A stretch of 64,000 nucleotides of DNA. It comes from a virus. Taxonomy: Duplodnaviria; Caudoviricetes. Below, piece after piece: positions 47,498 through 56,333 of the stretch (positions are counted from its first letter, which is position 1; every line of letters starts with the position of its first letter). The notes under the pieces were generated by a model, which was not told the DNA's origin, made no database searches, and saw only the letters and a list, made by a program, of their open reading frames with translations. The stretch lies in IMG/VR virus record IMGVR_UViG_2802428829_000001, positions 33,105 through 97,104 of that record. One strand, 5' to 3'. Position numbers and translations under genes: made by a program.

Positions 47498-48199
47498 ATG
47501 CCGGCCCCTCTCATTTCTAATGCGGCCACGGTCCGCGTTACTCGCGTTGACGGCTGCGGACGTCCTGTGTGTGGCGAGGATTCTTCGTTCGTCACCGAGT
47601 GTTTCGCCAGCGTGCAAATGGAAGCGAACATCGAAGAGGGCGAGGACATTTCGTTCATCGCCGCCAACGGGCGCCAGTGCGGGTTCAAGAAGGGCTGCCC
47701 GTCGCTCAACGGCTACGATTTGACGTTCACGTTCTTCCAGGCTAGCCCCGAACTGCTGGAGATCATGACCGGATCGCCGGTGTATTTCGACTACAACGGC
47801 GACCCGATCGGGTTCGATAGCTGCTCCATTTCCTGCCGCTCCGGATTCGCACTCGAAGTGTGGGCCGATGTCCTAGGCGAGGACGTGTGCCCGGAGGAGG
47901 ACACCGGCGAAGGCGCGTGGGTGTATTTCATCCTGCCGTGGGTGACGAACGGCATCATCGGTGACCTGGAGCTGGCGAACGAGGCCGTGAACTTGGAGTT
48001 GACGGGCGCCACGCGCGCAGGCGGCCGGTGGGGCGTTGGCCCGTACGATGTCGTCTCCCAGGACCCGGCTGGCACCCCGGGGCCGATGCTGACCCCCCTC
48101 GACGGCACCTGCCACCGCCGCATGTTCATCACGACGATCGCCCCGCCGGAGCCCAGCACCACGTACGTGCCCGTGCTCTGCGACGCCTCCCCGTCGTGA
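47498..48199 (+). CDS. major tail protein
   Basis: RVTRVDGCGRPV..ANGRQC..FALEVW..YFILPW..WGVGPYDV. Confidence 0.8.
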   Translation: MPAPLISNAATVRVTRVDGCGRPVCGEDSSFVTECFASVQMEANIEEGEDISFIAANGRQCGFKKGCPSLNGYDLTFTFFQASPELLEIMTGSPVYFDYNGDPIGFDSCSISCRSGFALEVWADVLGEDVCPEEDTGEGAWVYFILPWVTNGIIGDLELANEAVNLELTGATRAGGRWGVGPYDVVSQDPAGTPGPMLTPLDGTCHRRMFITTIAPPEPSTTYVPVLCDASPS

Positions 48200-48921
48200 T
48201 GGCGCTCCCAGACATCGTCGTCCCCGTCCGCGAGGGGGCGGCGAACCAACAGCTCCGGTACGCGCTGCGCTCGTGGGTGGCGAACGTGCCGCACCGGCGG
48301 GTGTGGGTGGTGGGCTACAAACCCGCGTGGCTGACCGGCGTGGAGCACATCCGCACCCACCAGGCAGGCAAGACGAAGTACCAGAACACCACGCAGGCTG
48401 TTCGTGTGGCGTGCGAGCATCCGGAAGTGAGTTCCAAATTCCTGCTGTGCAATGACGACTTCTTCGTCATGCGCCCGCAGCCGGCCGCATTTCCGGTGTT
48501 TCACCGCGGCCCGGTGTCGCTGGTCGAGAAGTACTACGCGGGTCGCGGGCACGGGAAGTACCTGAAAGGGCTGCGCGAGACACGGGACTTGTTGGTCAAG
48601 CTCGGGCATGAGAATCCGGCGTCGTACGAGCTGCATGTGCCTCTTCCCGTGCAGAAGGCGGGGATGCTGCGGGCCCTTGAGATGGGTAAGGGCCTGGAAG
48701 TGGTGCACAAGCGCACCCTCTACGGCTGCCTCTCCCGGCTCGGCGGCACACGCATGCGGGACGTGAAGGTCTTGAACCGCGCGCCGCGTGACTTCACCAC
48801 CCAGGCGTTCCTGTCGACCATGCCGGACTCCTTCACGAACGGCGCCGTGGGCCGGTACATCCGGGCCGCGTTTCGGGAGCCGTGCCGGTACGAGACGCGC
48901 ACCCGCGTACGGAGCCGCTGA
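48199..48921 (+). CDS. Stealth-like sugar-1-phosphate transferase
   Basis: DIVVP..QLRYALRS..VWVVG.KPAWL..FLLCNDDFF resembles Stealth CR1/CR2; YELHVPLP. Confidence 0.7.
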   Translation: MALPDIVVPVREGAANQQLRYALRSWVANVPHRRVWVVGYKPAWLTGVEHIRTHQAGKTKYQNTTQAVRVACEHPEVSSKFLLCNDDFFVMRPQPAAFPVFHRGPVSLVEKYYAGRGHGKYLKGLRETRDLLVKLGHENPASYELHVPLPVQKAGMLRALEMGKGLEVVHKRTLYGCLSRLGGTRMRDVKVLNRAPRDFTTQAFLSTMPDSFTNGAVGRYIRAAFREPCRYETRTRVRSR

Positions 48922-49727
48922 TGACGCGGCCGGGGCTGTGTGAACCGTGGCCGGCGGACACGTCCTGCTGCGATCTGCCGGACGACGTCGACCCGGCGGA
49001 CGTCGAGCGGTGGAGGCTCGTCGCCTCAACAGTCCTGTGGCGGCTGTCGGGCATGCGGTGGGGCCCGTCGTGCCCGGTGACGGTCCGGCCCTGCGGGCGG
49101 TCGTGCGTGGAGCAGCAGGCCAGCCTGTGGCCGGGAGTGCTCCAGTCCGGCGGCCGGGTGCCGTACATGGACGCCGGCGGCGTGTGGCGCAACGCGGTGT
49201 GCGGCTGCAAGACGGCGTCCTGCTCGTGCACCGAGCTGTGCGAACTGCGCCTGGACGGCCCGGTCTACGACGTCGTCGAAGCGGTGCAGGACGGTCGGGT
49301 CCTGCCGCCCGAGGCATACCGCGTCGACGCCCCCAACACCCTCGTACGCCTCGACGGCGACTGCTGGCCGGCGTGCCAGGACCTGACGGTGCCGCCGACG
49401 GAAGAGGACACGGCGGCGGTCACCTACCGCACCGGGCTCCAGCTCGACGAAGCGGCGAAGGCGGCAGTCGGGGCGCTGCTGTGCCACTACGTACGCGACT
49501 GCGGGTCGGGCTGCGGCTGCCGCATCCCCAAGACGGCGACGCGGGTGGTCCGCCAGGGCCTTGAGATCGAGACGCCCGGCCCGCTCCAGCTCTACGAAGG
49601 CGGGCTGACCGGCGTGCCCATGGCCGACGCCTGGCTGCTGGCCGTGAACCCGTACGGGCAGAGGAGCCCGTCGCGGGTGTGGAGTCCGGACCTTCGGCGG
49701 CCGAGGGTGAGCCCGCAATGGCCCTGA
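48921..49727 (+). CDS. head-to-tail adaptor
   Basis: LWRLSG..CPVTVRPC..WPACQDL..RQG..TG...D.WL..VNP. Confidence 0.75.
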   Translation: MTRPGLCEPWPADTSCCDLPDDVDPADVERWRLVASTVLWRLSGMRWGPSCPVTVRPCGRSCVEQQASLWPGVLQSGGRVPYMDAGGVWRNAVCGCKTASCSCTELCELRLDGPVYDVVEAVQDGRVLPPEAYRVDAPNTLVRLDGDCWPACQDLTVPPTEEDTAAVTYRTGLQLDEAAKAAVGALLCHYVRDCGSGCGCRIPKTATRVVRQGLEIETPGPLQLYEGGLTGVPMADAWLLAVNPYGQRSPSRVWSPDLRRPRVSPQWP

Positions 49728-50308
49728 AACCGACGACCGTTCAGTTCTACGCGGACCAGATCCTGAACTGCGTGTGCACCGCGCTCGCCGCGGCCGCGGA
49801 AGACTTCGAGGATGCGGCCGGCTGCCCCTGCCGGGCATGCGTCGTGCCGGGGGCACCGGCGTGGGACGACTGCGACGACCCGTGCGGCAGCGTCCCGGCT
49901 GGCGGGCAGCTCACCGTCAACCTCGCCCGCATGTACGCCACGACGAGCTTCCCGGCAGAGTCCCGGCCCGTCCTCGGCATCCGCGGCTGCGCCCCGCCGG
50001 CGACGCTGGCCGGCGAGTACGTCGTCACCCTCCTGCGCTGCGCCCCGTCCCCGTCTCCGGGCGGCTGCCCGCCCGGGTGTGACGAGCTGGAGGCTGTCGC
50101 GCGGGCGGTGCACGCGGACGTGGCGGTCATCTACAACGCGCTCGTGTGCTGCCTGCCGACGATCGGCGGCCGGCGGCGGGGGCCGAAGTTCGAACTTGGG
50201 CCGTCGAGGATCGTCGGCCCGGAGGGCGGCTGTGTCGGGGTCGAGCAGCGGGTGACGGTCGCGCTCCCCGGCTGCGGGACGTGCCCAGGGGAGGACAGCC
50301 CGAGCTGA
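49718..50308 (+). CDS. tail terminator/completion protein (putative)
   Basis: Position; GQLTV, LLRCAP, GPEGGCVG. Confidence 0.65.
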   Translation: MALKPTTVQFYADQILNCVCTALAAAAEDFEDAAGCPCRACVVPGAPAWDDCDDPCGSVPAGGQLTVNLARMYATTSFPAESRPVLGIRGCAPPATLAGEYVVTLLRCAPSPSPGGCPPGCDELEAVARAVHADVAVIYNALVCCLPTIGGRRRGPKFELGPSRIVGPEGGCVGVEQRVTVALPGCGTCPGEDSPS

Positions 50309-50389
50309 CGGGCACGCGCCGCCAACATGCCTCCCCGCCCCGGTCCCGGGGCGGGGGCCGGTAGTCACCAAGGGAAGGAGGAGAGCAAC

Positions 50390-50458
50390 GTGATCGTTCT
50401 GAACGAGGTCCTGAACGGCCTGCTGCAGTACGCCGTCATCTTCGTCGACGTCCTGTAA
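50390..50458 (+). CDS. 22-aa hydrophobic peptide
   Basis: Strong AAGGAGG RBS; MIVLNEVLNGLLQYAVIFVDVL; hairpins on both sides. Confidence 0.6.
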   Translation: MIVLNEVLNGLLQYAVIFVDVL

Positions 50459-50464
50459 GGGCGC

Positions 50465-50499
50465 TGGGCCCCGCAGCCGCGGCGGAGCTGCGGGGCCCA
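50465..50499. terminator. hairpin between convergent ORFs
   Basis: 13-bp stem TGGGCCCCGCAGC/GCTGCGGGGCCCA. Confidence 0.7.
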
Positions 50500-50516
50500 C
50501 CTGCCCTACGCGGATC

Positions 50517-50753
50517 TCAGAACAGGGCGTGCTCGACCTCGCCCTGCGGGAGGTCGAGGAGGAGCTGCAGCGCGTTGGGGAGCGGCCCGAGGGGGACGGT
50601 CTCCAGACTCCCGGGGCAGGAGACGAGGGATCCCCTGTAGGCGCGGTGCATGCCGGGCTCGTCGTGACGGCGCAATCGGATCCGGCCTGCGGTGACGGGG
50701 TCGCCGGCTATGGGGCGCCCGCAGCGCAGGCATTCGGCACGAGGGAGGGCCAT
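50517..50753 (-). CDS. small zinc-binding protein
   Basis: CLRCGR..RH..CPGS. Confidence 0.6.
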   Translation of the reverse strand: MALPRAECLRCGRPIAGDPVTAGRIRLRRHDEPGMHRAYRGSLVSCPGSLETVPLGPLPNALQLLLDLPQGEVEHALF

Positions 50754-50834
50754 GGCCAGGATTTTGCCCGCTATGGTCTGATCAACTCCGGTGTTTTCCC
50801 TCCACCGTGACCTGCGTCTCTGAGGAGTCCCCCT

Positions 50835-51188
50835 GTGGCAGTTCGGGTGAGCATCGACCGCGCGGCGCTCCGCCGCGCCGTGACCAGCCGCAGCGGCTAC
50901 CTCCAGAACGTCACCGACCGCGCGGCCCGCAACGCCCGCCAGGCGGCGCCGGGCTCCATGCCGAACCAGATCACCTCGCGTGTCCAGGGCGATACGGGCA
51001 TCGTCACGAGCCACCACCCGGCCTCCGTCTTCGTCGTGTTCGGCACCCGCCCGCACCGGATCGTGGCGCGGCGCGCCAAGGCACTGCGGTTCGAGGTCGG
51101 CGGACGAATCGTGTTCGCCAAGTCCGTCCGCCACCCGGGCACCCGCCCGAACAACTTCCTTCTGGATGCGCTACGCAGGGCGCTGTGA
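50835..51188 (+). CDS. HK97 gp10-like neck/tail completion protein
   Basis: GTRPHRI..LRF..VRHPGTRPNNFL. Confidence 0.8.
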   Translation: MAVRVSIDRAALRRAVTSRSGYLQNVTDRAARNARQAAPGSMPNQITSRVQGDTGIVTSHHPASVFVVFGTRPHRIVARRAKALRFEVGGRIVFAKSVRHPGTRPNNFLLDALRRAL

Positions 51189-51253
51189 TTGGAAGTCCCT
51201 ACACACGTCTGGATTCCCAGATAGCTCGGCGTCCTCAGCTCGTCCGGTGTCTG

Positions 51254-52465
51254 CTACGTGGGCGGAAGGGCGAGTCCGGCTGGCCTGTTAGCCCCTGAGT
51301 TCAGTAGCACGTCGTCCCACGTGATGCCCCGAGCGCCCCTGAGATCGACATTGCTTCCGGACACGATTACGTCGCAGAAGTTGAACCGGCCGCGCGAGAA
51401 CTGCGCGGAGGGGAATTTGAGTTCGCTGTGGCGGAGCGTTGCGTGGCTGAAGTCGACTTTGCTGCTAGAGAAGGTCGCCCCTTTGAATCTGACCTCACTG
51501 CGGTGGAAATTTGCGCCGATGAAGTGGACCTCTTCCGCAAAGATGGCCTTATCGAACTGGATCGAACGGCCAAAGAAACTCGCGCCGATGAACGCGGCCG
51601 TTCTGTTGAACTTTGTGCTACTGAAGTCGATACTATGCCCGAATGTGGCGTAGTCGAATTTGAATTGAGGGACAGAGAAGTTCGCGCCGCGAAAGCTGAC
51701 TCGACCACCGCGGAAGACCGCCTCGGTGAAGTCGCCGCAGTCGAAGACCACGTCGGTAAAGTCGAAGTCGTGGCCGCTCCAGCAGTGCGGGTCTTCCGTA
51801 GAGAGGCGGAGATGGTCCCGGATGAGGCGGATGACAGTATGTCGTACCTCCCGCATTGCCTCGAATTCGTGCGGGGGGATACCGTCAACCTCATGGGGTA
51901 GACGCAGGTAGGCGCATAGCACGTCTATGCAGGTCTGTCGTAGGTTGCGGGTGGGAGCGTCGTCAGCGAGACCGGCCAGAGAGTGAACCCCGCCTAGACG
52001 AAGCACTGGGGAGCTGTCGCCGAGCTGGGTGACGGCCGTGCTGAAGCGTTCAGTGTGGAGGCGGGTGGCTTCGCGCACTGCAGCGTCTTCGTCGATTCGC
52101 TGGCGGCGGTATGCCACGACAAGGGCGACCAATGCGCCGGCGCCAGCGACCACTCCGAATGCGAGCTTCACTAGGTCAAAAAGTGTGGAGGAGTCCAGCC
52201 GCCGTTCCGGCTTCAGACCTTGGGCATCTAGCAATTCCCAACCGGCGGCGAACACGCTGCCCGCAACGACCAGAGCAGCGGCGAAAACGGCTGCCAAGAC
52301 CCACCCGACCGGCAGCAGCCTCAACCCGCGCCGCTCACGTCCACCTCGTTTCAGTTCTGTAGGCACGCCCACATCCAACCGCTCCGAGGCTGAGGGCGGC
52401 GGGTGTTCTGTGAAATCGTACGGAATCTCCAACGTAGGCCGCGCAGAGAACTGCGTTGACGCCAC
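51254..52465 (-). CDS. membrane-anchored pentapeptide-repeat protein (moron)
   Basis: Two TMs, ERFSTAVTQLG..RLGGVHSL..LCAYLR, then F.xA.F repeats; AT-richer codons; start uncertain. Confidence 0.8.
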   Translation of the reverse strand: MASTQFSARPTLEIPYDFTEHPPPSASERLDVGVPTELKRGGRERRGLRLLPVGWVLAAVFAAALVVAGSVFAAGWELLDAQGLKPERRLDSSTLFDLVKLAFGVVAGAGALVALVVAYRRQRIDEDAAVREATRLHTERFSTAVTQLGDSSPVLRLGGVHSLAGLADDAPTRNLRQTCIDVLCAYLRLPHEVDGIPPHEFEAMREVRHTVIRLIRDHLRLSTEDPHCWSGHDFDFTDVVFDCGDFTEAVFRGGRVSFRGANFSVPQFKFDYATFGHSIDFSSTKFNRTAAFIGASFFGRSIQFDKAIFAEEVHFIGANFHRSEVRFKGATFSSSKVDFSHATLRHSELKFPSAQFSRGRFNFCDVIVSGSNVDLRGARGITWDDVLLNSGANRPAGLALPPT

Positions 52466-52520
52466 CCGTCCACGGTGCCGTACCGCAGGGGAACGGACAG
52501 TTACCCTGGCCCGTGGCGTC

Positions 52521-52537
52521 GCTGGCTGTGGGCCGGA
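52521..52537 (+). promoter_or_regulatory. late-leader motif
   Basis: GCTGGCTGTGGGCCGGA after TACCCT. Confidence 0.65.
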
Positions 52538-52563
52538 CGTGGCCCACCTCGTCGGGAGTACCG

Positions 52564-52995
52564 ATGCGCCGTTCCTTCGCCCTCGCCACCGAGCCGCACA
52601 CCGCTGACATCGGCGGCACCGAGATCCTGTTCCATCCCGAGATCCCCGCGGACGAGTTCCTCGACGCCTACGAGCTGGTGCGGGAGGCGTCGCAGGCGGC
52701 GCGGTCGCCGGAGACGGTGACGGCCGATCAACTGCGCGACGCGAACCGCGCGGTCCGCACGTTCCTCTGCGGGCTGATGCTGCCGGAGTCGGCCGACGTG
52801 TTCGAGGAGATGAAGCTTCCCAGCCGGATCTACGCGGAGCTTCTGGAGTTCGTCTTGGAGCTGTACGGCGGCGGGGCGTCGGGGGAGCGCCCTACTGGGT
52901 CGTCCAGCGGCTCTGTGCCGCGGTCGCCGAGGGCTGGGACACCTGGGAGGGGAGCCTCGCCCTCCAAGGCGTCTCGATCCGCGCGTGGTCGCTGA
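52564..52995 (+). CDS. tail assembly chaperone (G)
   Basis: GGGAG RBS; precedes the tape measure gene. Confidence 0.8.
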   Translation: MRRSFALATEPHTADIGGTEILFHPEIPADEFLDAYELVREASQAARSPETVTADQLRDANRAVRTFLCGLMLPESADVFEEMKLPSRIYAELLEFVLELYGGGASGERPTGSSSGSVPRSPRAGTPGRGASPSKASRSARGR

Positions 52996-53225
52996 GGACG
53001 CTGTTGTCCGCGGCTGAGCAGGCGATGATGCAGGCAGCGAAGGACGACGCCGAGCGGGAGCGGCAGCGCGTCCGGCTGTACGCGCCGCCGCCGGCCGTAG
53101 TTCGCGGCCGGCGTTCCGCCCGTGGGGGGCCTGGTGGCGCGCCGGTCGGGGTGAGCCGCGGCGACGCCCAGGCGCTCATGGCGCGGCTGGCGGCCGAGGA
53201 CACCCGGTACGGCGGCAGCACCTAG
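52564..53225 (+). CDS. tail assembly chaperone GT via -1 frameshift near 52881-52893
   Basis: The -1 frame is open from G GGG GAG CGC CCT to 53225 (PYWVVQRL..RLYAPP). Confidence 0.7.
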
Positions 53226-53317
53226 GCCGGCGCCCCCGGGAGGTGAGGTGCGTGGGCGCCTGGTGGGGCGCATCGCAGGGGTGCGTCCTGGTCTGCCGGA
53301 TACCCTGAGTACGAGCT

Positions 53318-53334
53318 GCTGGTGCTAGGCCGAG
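53318..53334 (+). promoter_or_regulatory. late-leader motif
   Basis: GCTGGTGCTAGGCCGAG after TACCCT. Confidence 0.7.
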
Positions 53335-53356
53335 CCCCGCGTACGTCCGCGAGGCG

Positions 53357-56329
53357 GTGGCCGTGGCTGACGGCGAGCTGGCAGGCGCCGCGCACATCCG
53401 GATCGATCTGGACGATGCCGGCCTTGAGGCTGATGTTCAGCGTGCCGCTCAGCGCGCTGGGCAGGACTTCGAACGCGCGCTGGTCCGCTCGGCGCAGCGC
53501 GCCGCGCGCACGATGCGGCGCACCCTGGAGCGTGCGGCGCGTGACCTGACGGTCCACGTGCGGGTCGAGCCCGACCTGAGCCGGATGGCGGGTCTGGGCA
53601 GCATCACCGTCCCGGTCGAGCCTGACGCGACGCTCTTCATGGCGCGGCTACGAGCCGCGCTCGCGGGCGAGCAGGTCTCCGTCCCGGTCGTCCCGGACCT
53701 GTCGGGATTCGACGCCCGGCTGCGCGCCCACCGGGCGCCTGCGATCCGCGTGCCGGTCGAGGCCGACGAAGCCGGCACCGACCGGCTGACGACGTCGCTG
53801 GCGCGGCTGGGGGCGGGGCTCGGGATCACCGCCCGCGTCTCCGCCCTGACGCTGGCGCTCGGGCTCCTCGGCGGCGCCGCCGCGGCGTCGGCCGCCTCGC
53901 TCGTCGGGATCGGCGCCGCGCTCGCGCCCACGGTCGGGATCCTGGCCGCCTACCCGGCGGCGATCCTCGGCGCCTCCGCCGCGCTCGGTGCCCTGCGCCT
54001 GGCGACGCTGGGGGTCAGCGAGGCGTTCGAGGCCGCGCTCACCGGCGACGCCGCCGAGTTCCAGAAGTCGCTGGAGAGCTTGAGCCCGGCGGCGCGGGCG
54101 GCGGCGCTTGAAGTACGGGCGCTGCGGCCCGAGTTCGACCAGCTCCGCAACGCTGTTCAGGACGCCTTCTTCGAGCGTATCGAGGGCGACATCACCCGCG
54201 TCGCGGCGGCGCTCGGGGGGCCGCTGCGCAGCGGGCTGCAGGGGATCGCCGCGGACTGGGGTGCTGCCGCCGCGGCGGCGGCCGGCTATCTGGCGTCGGC
54301 GGAGGGCGTCACCCGCGTCTCGCAGGTCCTCGCGGGGACGCAGCAGGTAACCGGTGCGCTCTCTGGTGAAGTCCGCGGCCTGGTCGCCGGGTTCCTCAAC
54401 CTGGCCGGGGCGATCTCGGAGGCGTTCGGTGCCCGTACGGCGTCCGCGCTCGGCGGGCTGGCGGCGCAGTTCGGGGACTTCCTCACGGAGATCGCCGAAT
54501 CGGGGCAGGCGGTCGACTGGGTCTCGGGGGCCGTTGAGACGTTCAGCCAGCTCGGGACGGTCGTCGGGAACCTCGGCAGCATCATCACGTCGGTGTTCCA
54601 GGCCGCGGCCGACGCCGGCGGTGACGTCCTCGGCATCTTCGGTCAAGTCACTGGGGAGGCCGCGAAGTTCCTGAACAGCGCGGAGGGCAGCGCCGCGCTG
54701 GTCGGCGTTTTCGAGACGCTCGCCGCCGTCGGGGCCGCGCTCGGGCCTGTCCTTACCGAGCTGGTCACGCAGGTCGGGGCGCTGGCGCCCGCCTTCGTGC
54801 CTGTGATCGAGGCCCTGGGGCCTGCCTTGCAGGGCGTGTTGGCCGCGCTGGGGCCTGCCTTGCAGGGGGCCGTGGTCGGGCTGCAGGCGATCGCTGGCGG
54901 GCTCGCCGGCGGGCTGGGCATCCTTGGCCCCGCCTTGCAGCCCTTGGGGGTCGCCCTCGGGGCCGCCTTGACCGCACTTGCCCCACTTTTGCCCTTGCTA
55001 GGGCAATTGGCAAGTCTTGCTGCTGGTGTGCTGACCGGTGCGCTCCAGATCCTGACCACCGCGCTTTCCCCCGTCATTGAGGCGCTTTCGACACATCTTG
55101 CCCCGCTTTTTCCCCAACTGATCGCGGTTGTTCAGCAGTTGACGGTCGCGACGCTGCCGCTCGCCTCCGCCCTCGGCGAGTCGCTGGCCGTCGCCCTCCA
55201 GCAGCTCCTGCCGCCGCTGGTAGCGCTCGTCCCCCAGCTCCTGGAAGGGCTGATGCCCGCCTTCCAGCAGCTCGTGGCTGCAATCGTTCCACTTTTGCCG
55301 CTTTTGGTGGAACTTGCGGTCACTGCCTTGCAGCCCGTGATCGCTATCTTGCCCCAGTTGATCACGCTTTTTGTGACGCTGGTCAACGCCGTCACCCCCC
55401 TGCTGAATCTGCTGCAGCTCATCCTCCCGCCCGCGGTCCGCCTCTACACCACCCTCATGAGCTGGGTGAACGTGCAGATCGCCATCCCGATCCTGAGCTT
55501 GATCGTCGGCGCCTTGAACGGCCTGGCCCGCGCCCTGAGCGCCGTCATCGGCGCCGTCGTCAGCTTCGTGACCATGGTGATCGGCTGGTTCCAGCGCCTC
55601 TACGACGTCCTCGTGGGCAACTCGATCATCCCGGATCTCGTCAACGGGATCATCAGGTGGTTCGGGATGCTCCCCGGCCGGCTCGTGGGGATCGCCGTCC
55701 AGGTCGTCACCCAGGTCATCGCCACCCTCGCCGCCCTCCCCGGGCGCGCCGCCGCCCTCGCCGCCCAGGTCGTCGAGCGCGTGGCTGACACCTTCGCCAA
55801 GCTCCCCGGCCGCGCGGCATCCGCGCTGTCCGGCTTGGCCAGCCGCCTGGCCGGTGCGATCGGCGACGCCTCGGGGCGCGCGGTGTCCGCGGCGGCCGGC
55901 CTGGTCTCCGACATCGTCGGCGCGTTCTCCGGGCTCGCCGGGAAGATCGCCGACAGCATCGGCGACGTCGGCGGCGCGATCATGGGCAAGATCGCCGGCC
56001 AAGTGCCGTCGGGGATCCGGGATCTCCTCCCCGACATCGGGCTGTTCGCGAACGGCGGGATCGTCGACCGCCCCACCCTCGGCGTCATCGGGGAGGCTGG
56101 CCGCGAGGTCGTCGTGCCCTTGACCCGGCCCGCCCGCGCCCGCCAGCTCGCCGATCAGTCCGGCCTGACGGACATCCTCGCCGCCGGCGGCGGCGGCGAC
56201 GGCCGCGGCGGCGGGGGGCCGCGGACCGTGCACAACCACACCCACACGTGGACCCTCCAGGAAGTCGGCGATGCCGAGGTGACCGCGCGCAGGGTGATGC
56301 ACCGGATGGCGATGGCGGCAGGAGTGTGA
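53357..56329 (+). CDS. tape measure protein
   Basis: 990 aa, Ala/Leu/Gly-rich periodic helices; FANGGIV..GEAGREVVVPL. Confidence 0.9.
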   Translation: MAVADGELAGAAHIRIDLDDAGLEADVQRAAQRAGQDFERALVRSAQRAARTMRRTLERAARDLTVHVRVEPDLSRMAGLGSITVPVEPDATLFMARLRAALAGEQVSVPVVPDLSGFDARLRAHRAPAIRVPVEADEAGTDRLTTSLARLGAGLGITARVSALTLALGLLGGAAAASAASLVGIGAALAPTVGILAAYPAAILGASAALGALRLATLGVSEAFEAALTGDAAEFQKSLESLSPAARAAALEVRALRPEFDQLRNAVQDAFFERIEGDITRVAAALGGPLRSGLQGIAADWGAAAAAAAGYLASAEGVTRVSQVLAGTQQVTGALSGEVRGLVAGFLNLAGAISEAFGARTASALGGLAAQFGDFLTEIAESGQAVDWVSGAVETFSQLGTVVGNLGSIITSVFQAAADAGGDVLGIFGQVTGEAAKFLNSAEGSAALVGVFETLAAVGAALGPVLTELVTQVGALAPAFVPVIEALGPALQGVLAALGPALQGAVVGLQAIAGGLAGGLGILGPALQPLGVALGAALTALAPLLPLLGQLASLAAGVLTGALQILTTALSPVIEALSTHLAPLFPQLIAVVQQLTVATLPLASALGESLAVALQQLLPPLVALVPQLLEGLMPAFQQLVAAIVPLLPLLVELAVTALQPVIAILPQLITLFVTLVNAVTPLLNLLQLILPPAVRLYTTLMSWVNVQIAIPILSLIVGALNGLARALSAVIGAVVSFVTMVIGWFQRLYDVLVGNSIIPDLVNGIIRWFGMLPGRLVGIAVQVVTQVIATLAALPGRAAALAAQVVERVADTFAKLPGRAASALSGLASRLAGAIGDASGRAVSAAAGLVSDIVGAFSGLAGKIADSIGDVGGAIMGKIAGQVPSGIRDLLPDIGLFANGGIVDRPTLGVIGEAGREVVVPLTRPARARQLADQSGLTDILAAGGGGDGRGGGGPRTVHNHTHTWTLQEVGDAEVTARRVMHRMAMAAGV

Positions 56330-56333
56330 CCCC

